Below, one piece after another: positions 10,540-21,300 of a stretch of DNA of 39,569 bases. Numbering within the stretch: position 1 is the stretch's first letter; every line of letters begins with the position of its first letter. Source of the stretch: Nemertoderma westbladi (lineage: Eukaryota > Animalia > Xenacoelomorpha). Under the pieces are notes generated by a model. It made no database searches and was not told where the DNA came from. It saw only the letters and a program-made list of their open reading frames with translations. The translations under genes were made by a program, and so were the position numbers. The stretch spans positions 1 to 39,569 of the forward strand of contig JAUCBJ010005151.1 in NCBI GenBank assembly GCA_032718475.1. The letters run 5' to 3'.

Positions 10540-11250
10540 AGCTAGTTTTTGTTACTTTTTTTAATGTTCTAGAACATATTATCTATTCATTTCACATAAA
10601 ACTTTTGTTCTAGAACAAAAATTTTTTGTTCTAGAACAAATGTTTTTTGTTTTAGAACAAAAAATAGAAAAAAACTAGCTACTTTGTTAATTTTGTTAAT
10701 TTTAAATTGTATATGTTATCTTTGTATAAATTTTTATTCTAGCTAGTTTTTGTAACTTTTTAAAAAAAAATGCTTTAGCGCACATTATGTATTCATTGAA
10801 TTTAAAAAGTTTGTTCTAGAACAAATATGTGTTGTTCTAGAACAAAAATTCTAGCTAATTTGTAAATTTTGTTAAATTTTTATTGTATGTTGTTTTCTTT
10901 GTATCACATATTTAATAAAAATCACTAGCTACAATTAAAATTGTTAGTTGTTAGTAATTGTTTTTAATACAAATCAAATAAAATAAAGTACAAAAAAAAA
11001 TTCCTTTAAATGTTCTAGAACAAAAAATATTTGTTCTATAACATTACTTTTTATAAATATGAATAGTCGATATGTTCTAGAACATTTAAAAAAAGTAAGA
11101 AAATCTAGCTTGGATAACAAGCAAAAACCGAATTAATTAATTTTGTTCTAGAACAACAATTATTTCTTCTAGAACAAAATTAATAACAAAAATGAATAGA
11201 GAATATATTGTAGAACATTTAAAAAAAATAAAGTAACAAAAACAAGCTGG
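10540..11250. repeat. AT-rich foldback-like segment: two forward and two inverted ~110-200-bp units rich in TGTTCTAGAACA palindromes
   Basis: 10540-10640 is the reverse complement of ~11010-11110; further copies at ~10740-10860 (forward) and ~11140-11250 (inverted). The block is absent at the homologous site of copy 2 (~38968). Confidence 0.8.
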
Positions 11251-11404
11251 TATAAAAAAGTTGGTGAATTTTCAAAATGTTGTCCACGAGCTTCATAAGT
11301 ACCGAATATATGTAGCAAAATCCACAAAGGGTGATTTTTTATAGTAATGCAAGTGTGCTAATGGAGAGAGGTTAAACCTCTCTATTTATTAATAAACATA
11401 TTAA

Positions 11405-11529
11405 AACAATCCCACATAAAAATTCGGGAGGTATGGGGAATCTTGCCCGAAAATGCATGAAAAAACGCACTGGATTGCATTTATTGGGCAGGATTCCCCA
11501 TACCGACCGACTTTTTATGAGGGATTGTT
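11405..11529. mobile_element. 125-bp hairpin MITE-like element
   Basis: Arms aacaatcccacataaaaattcgggaggtatggggaatcttgccc.aaaatgca and tgcattta.tgggcaggattccccataccgaccgactttttatgagggattgtt are ~53-bp imperfect inverted repeats around a short spacer. Confidence 0.75.
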
Positions 11530-11910
11530 ATGTGGGACGGAAGGATCCTTCCAAAGGAGGGAGGGGAGGTGAGCGTTGTAATAAGGCTCTAGGGCGCGAC
11601 AATTGCGGTGTATAATATTGTGTTTCTGATTAGAAGAGTTGCTGAGGCTGGAGAGTTTCTCCAGCTGTTCCGCCGTTCCAGCTGTTTCGAGAGAAGCGCC
11701 TTAAGGGATCGGATAAGGGTATTTCGATGTCTCACATACCTGACGAAAGACTGGAGGAGTTTCCTTACACATTTTAAAGCTGAAATATACATGTTTTCAA
11801 AATTTTTTATGATTTCAAAAAATACTAGCTATAAAAATTCACTAAGTATCATAAAAAACATATCTACTAATGTTCTGGCATATTCACAATACAAAAAGAG
11901 CATTAAAAAA

Positions 11911-11995
11911 TATTATTATTATTATTATTATTAATTTTATTCGTATAGTACGCCTACAAATTATATGGGGTACACTTATAGCACAAGTAAGAATA
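11911..11995 (-). mobile_element. Orphan LINE-type 3' end with AATAAA and (TAA)n tail; possibly the 3' end of LINE-B
   Basis: Minus strand reads ...gtactatacgAATAAAattaataataataat..., adjacent to a second (TAA)n tail belonging to LINE-A. Confidence 0.5.
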
Positions 11996-12227
11996 CTAAT
12001 ATATTATTATTATTATTATTAAGGATTTACACATAGTGTAGGGGTCGCCCCCTGAAATAAAAACGTAATTTATGGAGACTAACAAAAATATACAATTTAG
12101 ACTGAGTAGCACTATTAAAATAAAGTCAATCCAGTATTCGTTATCCGAGAAAATTAAAATATATTTATGTTTAATCGTGTTTGTTCATATGTTGTGCAAT
12201 GTACGTACTGAAAGTGATAAATAAAAA

Positions 12228-12432
12228 ATATATGTATACAGCAAGTGATAAAAATATATATACAGCAAGTGATAAAAATATATATACAGCAAGTGATAAA
12301 AATATATATACAGCAACAGCAGGTATATATACAGCAAGTGATAAAATTATAAATACAGCAACAGAGCAAGTGATGAAAATATATATACATTAACAGAAGG
12401 TACAGCAGGTGATAAAAATATAAATATTTTAG
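12228..12432. repeat. ~22-bp tandem repeat (tatacagcaagtgataaaaata) in the LINE-A 3' UTR
   Basis: About 6-7 degenerate copies directly visible. Confidence 0.85.
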
Positions 12433-15172
12433 CAAGTAATAAAATCAAGTGAGTAAGTTGTTAAGGTTCAATATTCGGAGGTTGCAGTTCATCTGTGTAC
12501 AGTCACACTTAATTTTCCAACTGCAAGTGATGTCAACATCGTAATGTTGGTGAAAGTGGGCCCAGAACAGATTCAATAGGCGCGCCTTTAAACCAACGTG
12601 ATTAAAATACTCTGTCTGAAGGGGAAGCTGATTTGCCAATTGTGGTGCGCGAAACCAGAAATTTTGCTTTGATATGCACTTTAGGGGGTGTGTGAGATCA
12701 AACGAGGGTCGGTTAGCGCTACGAGTGTTTCTTCTGAGGTTTGTTTGCTTCATCTTTAGATGTGGCGACCAGTCAATGTCGTATTTATTATTTATTATCT
12801 TTGACAAGGTTAGTTGGTCGGATAATTGTAAGTATAATGAGGTCGGTAGAATGTTTAATATTATGAGTCTCTCCTTGTAGGTGTGATCGTCATTACCAAT
12901 AATCCAGATTGTTGCTCTCCGCTGGATGGACTCGAGTTTGTGTGCGTCCGTCTTGTTGGCAAACCAACAAGGCGACCCATAGGTTAAGATTGGCAATACC
13001 ATGGATTTATAGAGGTTTAGCTTGGATTGTACTGGTAGGCGAAAAGAACTGCTTCTTCGGATCAGGTATAATGTTCTATTTGCTTTACTGCATTTGTCCT
13101 TAATGTGGGCGGTCCATGATAAATTTGATGTTATGGTTATTCCTAAATCCTTCTCTGTATCGACTCGAGATATAGTCCTTGAGTACAATGACCGAGCTTC
13201 TATGTCGCCTTTGAAGACTATTTGCTTGCATTTCGGTTCATTAAAATCTAGTCCAGCCTCGAGACCCCATGTCACAAGTCGGTCAATATCTAATTGTGTG
13301 TTGATGATGGAATCGACATGTGATACTGATAATAATTTGCAATCGTCTGCGAGGAGAAATGGTATGCTGACATGACAAACTTCTGGGAGATCATTGCTCT
13401 CAACAACAAAGAATAGTGGTCCCAATAGTGACCCCTGAGCCATGCCACTGTCGACAGATCGGGGAGTTGACTTCGCGTTTCCGACTTTTACTGACTGTGT
13501 TCTTCCTGCTAGGTAGCTCCGGAGGATATACCAGAGATTTCCGCGGACCCCATTATCCATAATTTTCGCAGAACGGATTCGTGGCTGACAGAGTCGAACG
13601 CTTTCTGGAAATCTAAGTATATTACTTCTACTGTCAATTGGCCATTATCCGTACCCTTGTAGACATTGTCTAGAAATGTAAGTAATTGTGTGATCGTTGA
13701 TCTTGACTTCCTAAATCCATGTTGTGCGTCGTGTAACCTACTACGTACTTGTTCGTAGATGGGGATAAAGATGCAACGCTCAAATACTTTTCCAGGAATC
13801 GCTAAGAGAGATATTGGCCGGTATACTGGTATAAGATTACCTTGATTCTACTACCTTTTTTTATGTTGAGGATTTATTAGTGCATGCTTCCATGCTACGG
13901 GGAAGTGGTTTTTTTTTCAGCCTCCCGAATAGGAATGACATTGAGGGTGCTAGTACTTTTGCGAGGGATTTAAATAATGAAGGTGGAATATTGTCTGGTC
14001 CACGAGATTTCGTAGCATCTAAAGACGTAAGTATATTCTCCACTGTGTCAACTGACACGTCGTAGTCGTGTGTCGTGTTCCTCGTGTTCAAGCTTTCAGA
14101 GTTTGTGTCGTTAAGTGGTGGTTGTATATCGCTAGTAGGTATTCGCGGGGATTTAAAAACGGAATGGAAGAACTCGTTAAATAGATTAGCCTGATCCTCA
14201 TTGAGTGGACGCCGTACGATTCTCGTATTGTACTACTGGTGGCAGTGAACAAGACCTCCGTAGGCTTTTGAAATATTTGAAGAGATGTTTCATTGAACGG
14301 GTGTCCGCTAGCTGCATCTGTATTTTGTTTGGTCACCTAAAATATCATTTTCAACTTCTTCCTGTAACCTTTCCATCTTAACCTGAAGGTTTAATGTTGG
14401 CGATATCTTGAAGCAATTTTACGCTGGAGAGTGTGTAATTTATTTAACTTATGTGAGGTTTTTTGTGTCACCCATGGTGGTTGCGAGGCACGATGCGCTG
14501 TTCGTTTAGGAACACAGTTGTCGATAACATTATTCAGCCATTGATACCATTTATAAACTAGATCCTCACAATCGGTCATATTGTACGATTTTTCGTCAAA
14601 TGGCCGAGATTCACAAATCTGGGTCGCCTTCAGTGTATCTATTTTACAAAAACTATAATGCAACAAGGGATTGGACTGGATCGGCTGCCGTGTTTGCTTT
14701 GCAGCATTACATTGTGAGTTTAAATTAACCAGGACAGGGTCATGGTCTGACTTGATTTCAACTGCCTGTAATTGTCTAGATAGGTTGTAGTCAATCTCAA
14801 TGTTGAGAATTGTATTGTCTGTTAATGATATGAAAACGTCAAGCGTATTAGCTCCCCGTGTAGGAAAATGTATGTGTTGTTTAAAGTTGTGTTTGTCAAT
14901 AGCGTATAAAATGTCCTTCTCATAGTTATCTGTAGAAAAGTGAGACTCCCAGTCTACAGAAGGCAGATTGATATCCCCACATATGATCACGTCGTCAACG
15001 TGATCCTTAAATGTTATTATGTAGTCTAGTAATTTGTAAAAATCAGCAACTTCTAAGCGGTATGGGCTTTTGTCAGGTGGGTTGTATATACATACAAGTA
15101 AATATGTTAAACCGTTAATATTGCACAAACAGGCAGTAACTGAACTTGATAATCTATCAGAAGCACCATTAA

Positions 15173-16728
15173 CCCTATTAAACCCGGGGGGGGGGGTCAA
15201 TATGACCCCCCCCGTGGTTTTTTTATTATAATTCTGAAACAAACGCAGTTGGGAATCTGAAATTTTATGACTTTTCCTAAAAATCTATTGTCTTCCTAGT
15301 AGTGAAAACCGTTTTCAAAAATATTGGGTACTTTTCGAGTTATAGCACCATTTTTTAACCCTACTTTTGGCACTTTTTTTGAGACGTTTTTTGAAAATTA
15401 CATTTCATTAAATATGAATTGTAACATCTCTATTTTTGATTTACACCGGTTTTTTGGTGTTAGAAATTTGATGGAATTCATATAAATTGATTTAGAAATT
15501 TCAAACTTGTTTTTTTCGGTGGGTGCCAAATTTTGGTGCCAGCACCAAATTTTGAAATAAGTCAATTTTGTAAATTGATCGTTTGAAACTTGTTTTTAAC
15601 GCAATTGGGGTTTTTTGGGTTTCTGGATTCGATGAAATATATACGAGTTGCACCAAGCGTATCAAACTTGTATTTTTCGGTGCTGTGTGCAAATTTTGGT
15701 GCTAACACGAAATTTTGAAAATCCATTCAATAGATAAGATTGCTTGTGACAATTTATTTCTTGCGTTTTAGAGGTTTATGGCTGTTCTGAATTCAATGGA
15801 AAATATCAATATCGAACTAGACATCTCCAACTTGTATTTTTCGTATGTGGGTGCAAAATGTGGTGCTAGCACCAAATTTTGAAAACCATCAAATATATCA
15901 ATTGATTGTGTCACCTTGTTTCTTGCGTTATACGGGTTTGTGATGGTTCTGAATTCAATGGAATCAGTAAAAATTTCATAAGAGTTCTCAAACTTGTATT
16001 TTTCGCCGGTGGGTGAAAATTGTTGTGCCAGCACCAAATTTTTGGAAAATATGCAAGTTGATAAGTAGATAGTATCACCTTGTTTCTTGCGTTATACGGG
16101 TTTATGAGGGTCCTGAATCCGATGGAATCAATAAAAACAGCACTGGACATCGCAAACTTGTACTTTTTGGTGATGGGTACGAAATTTGGTGCTAGCACCA
16201 AAATTTGCCAAATTACGCCGAAAAATACAAGTAGCAATGATCTGGCATATTAGAAATGTATTCCATTAGAATCAGCGCCCTCGAAAACCTGAAAATGTGA
16301 ATTTATAGCATCGTATAAGTGAATTAAAAATTTTGTGTTCTAACTGAAAAGTGCTGGTTACTTGTTTTTTTCGTTTTTTTTCCTACGCAGAGGGGACTAA
16401 ACAGCCATTTATAGTAATCATATCATTTTTTAATATTTTCCAATGTATTTTGCACCCCAGAAAACCTGTATTGAAAAATAATTAGCCGAAAATGTAACTT
16501 TCAAATTTGGTGAAAATTGTGCACTACTTGTAATTTTGGTGCTGCAATATAACCACCCCAGTACATTTTTTCGAAAATTTTTTTTTTCGGTCGGATCCAG
16601 ACAAGTGATACCTACGTACAAACAAAAAATCAGACGTTTTCGTTAATATTTGTAGATTTTAGAGGGGGGGGTCAATATGACCCCCTCCCGGTATTTGTAC
16701 AACATTTTATAGCCCGGTACTAATAGGG
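15173..16728. mobile_element. Non-autonomous piggyBac-type DNA transposon, 1556 bp
   Basis: TTAA at 15169-15172 and 16729-16732; termini CCCTATTA...TAATAGGG; G-run-TCAATATGA-C-run motif near both ends. Removing it restores the LINE-A frame YTPEYI-NGASDRLSSSVTAC. No transposase ORF. Confidence 0.92.
15500..16230. repeat. Five diverged ~163-bp tandem units inside the piggyBac-type element
   Basis: Palindromic core aaattttGGTGCTAGCACCaaatttt recurs at ~15530, 15692, 15857, 16018 and 16183, each preceded by aaacttgtatttttc-like sequence. Confidence 0.85.
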
Positions 16729-17149
16729 TTAATATATTCTGGCGTGTAGTTAATTCCATTTTGTAGAGCAATAAGGACACCTCCATGTGTTGAGATACAA
16801 TCAAATTTTGAGCTACGCTCCGTACGTATTAAGTTGTAACCAGTGAGGAATAATTCGCTATCGAGTATCTCAGGAGTAAGCCAAGTTTCAGTTATGCATA
16901 TTATATTGTAGTCTCGGATCAGAATTGAATTTGCCAGTTTGCATCGCTTGTGTAGATTTAGAAGGCTACGAGCGTTGTATAACAACAGAGTTGGGATGGC
17001 AGTGGTTGAATTAGATGCGGTTGTGGACCCAACAGCAACATGTGTGGGTGAGTGGTACCCAACAGCGATGGTAGTGGATGCGGGGGACCCAGCAGCGACG
17101 GTTGTGGATGTGAGGTACCCAGGAGGTACCCAGTAATGGTAACACTGAA

Positions 17150-18157
17150 CTTATAATATGAATATATTACAAAAATATCTACGTACGTAGACAGACAGCA
17201 CAATATTGACAAAACAAATCGAAAATTAGGCAGAGGAAATATAGTCCAACAACACTTTTATACTTCTGGACTAGTAAAACCGGGTATTTCTGAATAACCA
17301 ATCAGTGAATCAAATAAATCTCTACAACTATCAACTTTCCAATCTTCACCTACAGGTGTACAGTATATGCACTGCACATAATTTAATTTATTAACTACTA
17401 CTGATGGCGTCAGATCATTAAGATCTGTTACTCTACAATCATTAGCAATAGATCTTAGGTTATTACCGGTTGTACTTCTACAATCGGAGATATATAAATT
17501 AGCAAGAAATTGAGCGCACAGCCTATCTGATTTTCGAATACAATTACAAAAAGTAACAAAATTCTTACATAGTATAACCCAAGGGTGTAAAAAACCTACA
17601 AATTCCTGAACAATAAACCTATGTGCATTAAAAGGAAGATGACACGCAATCCTCACGTTTGTATTCCAACTGGTTAAAAGCCTACGACATTCCTCGGATC
17701 TAAGCTTTCAAGTGCAACTACCATAAAAGGACATAGCATACAACCTTTGAATATAAGTTATATTATTTGGGTGGGCAAAACCAATTTCCTGTCTAATATT
17801 ATTTAACTTTCCAATAAACTGGCCTCTTACGTAAAATATCAACATTCAAAGAGCACTTGAAATCTTATGTTATACCTAAATGAATCGCATCTTTCACCCA
17901 TGGCAACAAAATATCACCAATCAAAATTTTCCGCAATGGCGGATTCCATGCGTACCCAAATGGGATGCATTTACATTTACATTTCGCTGCGTCAACGTTA
18001 GTACTCAGTCGTAAATTGAAGGAACGGCAAAAAAGTTGACAAATATTAATCATATATTGCAGACCTAGCACCGAAGGGCAAAGTAAAAGTACATCGTCAG
18101 CGTAGGCTAACACACCATAATTATGGTTACCTATAAAACAACCTACTGTACTTTACA
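17150..18157 (-). mobile_element. LINE-B 3' portion (decayed RT C-terminal half and 3' UTR); clade not assigned
   Basis: GCFIGNHNYGVLAYADDVLLLCPSVLGLQYMINIC, LPWVKDAIHLGI, FYGSCT, WNTNVRIACHLP. Joins in register with 30009-30900 once the LTR element is removed. Confidence 0.88.
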
Positions 18158-18162
18158 ATTAC

Positions 18163-19432
18163 TGTAAAAGCTTTTGCGGACACAACAAGTCATTTTTCTC
18201 CGCAATATACTGTGTAGGTGCTTTAGCGGACATAACAAGCCATTTTCTCCGCAATGTGCCGTGTAGGTGCTTTAGCGGACATAACAAGCCATTTTCTGCC
18301 GCAATGCGCTTAATACTCTAAAAGACTGGAACTCAGATGACGAAATCTGTCAGCTGATTTACTGTAAACGTGGAACATCTCTTTGTTCAGCTCGCTCAGC
18401 CAATCAGAGCGATTTTCATTTTATCTTGTACAGAGGCCTACGGAAAACCGCGCAATGCATTACGGTTTCTTTTACCTTTTCTGAGCCTCGGAACATCGGC
18501 TTAGAAATTCTTCTGTACTTCTGTAGAAGTTTCAGACTTTGAACTAAACATCAGAAACATCAGATGGCTTTGATTACAAGAACGTAAAACTATTAACGCA
18601 ACGCAATGCAACGCAATGCAACGCAATGCAACGCAATGCAACGCAACGCAATGCAACGCAACGCAACGCAATGCAACGCAACGCAATGCAACGCAACGCA
18701 ACACAGCACACCGCATCACACCGCAAGTCAACATTGCTGCACATGGAACACTGCATCAGTAACACATACTGACTGTTCACCGCATTATTTGCTTCTGTTA
18801 TTAATTGGTGTTATGTTAATGTATATTGCTGATATATTTGGAGAATACCGATGAATAATCATAAAACCCCAATCTTCTTGATTACTGAAGGTTAGAGGAA
18901 CAGGTTTACCGGTAGCAACTGCGACTTTCATTATAGTGGTTTTTGTGTGAATTAAATGCTATTTCATGATCCCTACATGTGTCAGTTGCGATCCTCCTTA
19001 TATATGATCAAATTCAGTGACGGTCGGCAGATCAGTGCGCAGTAGTGTGAAGTAGTGTGAAGTAGTGTGAAGGTTAATAAAGCATCTCCTAAAGAATGCG
19101 CTTTTTACGAAACTCAGTAGCCATCCAGTTGTGATTAGTATAAGTCATAACTCTGCTTATACTTAAACCGCCACGTCCTAAAGGAACTGTTAATATTTCC
19201 CGAAAGTAAATATATTGTCAGAGATTATATAGTAACGATCAATCGAATAATACAGTAGGTCTACACAGCAATCACTAGCAAAGCATCCGAATCCAGTCTC
19301 CCTTAACTGTGGGTGAATGGTCGCGCACAGGCTGGCTTCGGCTGATGTAACTTCAGTACATTAAATAATTGATATACAAAAAGACAATTAAAATTGGCAG
19401 GTTAAACTGCTAAAGGTCTAAAAGCGCGAACA
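18163..19432 (+). repeat. 5' LTR (1270 bp)
   Basis: TGTAAAAGC...GCGCGAACA. Contains 49-bp subrepeats, a (GCAAC/GCAAT)n pentamer tract at ~18595-18725, CCAAT (~18400), a TATA-like motif (~18998) and AATAAA (~19076). Confidence 0.96.
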
Positions 19433-21300
19433 ATAATAGATTTTAGATTCTTTATTGCACCGTAGGCAATAAAGTCGAAGGTACCGGTCGAACGGTAAGC
19501 TGTAGGCCTAACTGCCCAACTACCCGAACCGGTACTTACAGGTACAACAGTATTATTCGATTTTTATAATTATATACCGGTAGGTCTTGATATTTAATCG
19601 GGGACTGCAGCCCTGGTTTTTTATTGGGATTTTACTTATTTCTGTCAGTTTTATTTATCTGTAAGTGTAATATTGAGCAGAAGGCGTGTAAGCCCGCTCA
19701 AATTGTACAGATAATTTGTAGGCTGAATTGTTGTTTGACTGTTGTTGGGTCTGAAGAGATTGCAGTGTGTGTAGAGTGTATGTCCGATAAAGTACTAGTT
19801 AGGAAGGTGGGGGCATCCAGTGCTGTAAGGTAAATCCCCCCCGAAAGAATAAGTCGTACTACTCGGTTGGAACGCCTACTAACTAACCATTTCGGAGTCT
19901 GCATATACTGTAGTTTATTTAGACTTGATAGTAGTCTGCCAGCCTTTGGTTTGTATTTTGTTGGTGTAGTCTGCACGGGTAGCGTAATATTTATTATTCA
20001 GAGTATATGCGAGTATTCGCAACCTACATAACCCCTAAGTTTATTCCTATAGTAATTGTGCTTGTTATACATACCGTTAGAGTTAAATTAACCCCGGTAC
20101 TACATCAGGGCTGCTTGGCGTAGGTAAAGACTGGTAATTTTATGCTCTAGTCACTCCAGCAGATACCGTGGTTCTTTTAGCTGTACAAGTATATTTAACT
20201 GCTGGTTATTTGTTGTATAAGTACTTGTACCTAATTTAGGGTTTAGTGTAGGCAGTATATTTGTGTTGTAAAGTGGTTAATAGGCACGTTAGCTCTGGTT
20301 GGCTGCGGTAATTAACTTCTAGGTAAGGACACTCCGGGTACATAACGTAGTACTTATAGAGCTGTAGAGCTAAAGACTATAAGTCGTCAGACGGTGGTAT
20401 TTTCTTATCTGGACAATGCAATATATTTACTACTGCTTTATTATTTTTAAATACCATAGTATCCTGTCCGTTTGTAATAACCAGAAATTCTAACTCCTTG
20501 TTAGGTTGGTTTGTAGATTTCCTGTAAAATTACCCTAAAATTTGTACGTGTAATTTTTGGTGTTTATTTAGAGATTGTAATCTCACACAGTAATTGTATG
20601 TAATTTGTAGTAATAAGTAACTTAGTAAAGTATAATTATTTGTTTTAGTGTCCCCCAAGTAGCACTCCACTGAGAGCGTTCAGCTTCTGTGTAGTGACTC
20701 CTCACCAGAAATAATAACATTTATTTCAAACATTGATGAAAACCCTTGTACGGGTATATATAAACATATTATAAATCAACTCAAACCGATTTATAAAATA
20801 GTAGGCCTGTTATACATTAATTGGGTCTTAGTATCAGTTGAGCTACAGCTTAATAACAGTAATTAAAGTAAAGGAAAGTAACCCTAAAATTCAGAAATTC
20901 AGTTATTCTAAAATAATTGACATTACCGGTATTTATAGTAGGCTTATTCTATTTATTTCTATAAATTTCACTGAGATTATATACCGGTATTCTGTAATTA
21001 ATCCTAGTCTATAATCAAGCTTATATATACTATAAGTGTATGCTGTATACCGGTATTTACGGTATGCTTATTATATATATTTATATAAATTTATGCTGAA
21101 ATTATATACCGGTATTCTGTGACAAATCCTAGTCTGTAATAATACTTATATATATACTATAAGTGTATACCGGTATTCTAATATATTATATATATATATC
21201 GCATTACATTGAGTAACGATATCGGTAATTAATTACTAGGCTTACAGTTGATACTGAATTACTAGACTTGCTTTAACTGTCGTTATAGTTCTTCAGCTCT

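Larger units (their letters stand above)
11996..17150 (-). mobile_element. LINE-A: 5'-truncated CR1/L2-group non-LTR retrotransposon, ORF2 (APE endonuclease + RT) broken by frameshifts and a piggyBac-type insertion
   Basis: APE motifs YNARSL, ITETWL, HGGVLIA, IYNPP, ICGDINLP, NTLDVF, SDHDPV. RT motifs KSRGPDNIP, YRPISLL, QHGFRK, YLDFQKAFDS, GMAQGSLLGPLFF, LADDCKL, EKDLGI. 3' UTR ends in a GGGG-CGA-CCCC hairpin and a (TAA)n tail at ~12000-12020. Confidence 0.93.

Noticed and set aside
18501-18854. Cys-rich CVALR ORFs in the LTRs (also 29134-29435)
   Set aside because: Translation of the pentanucleotide microsatellite, whose length differs between the two LTRs.
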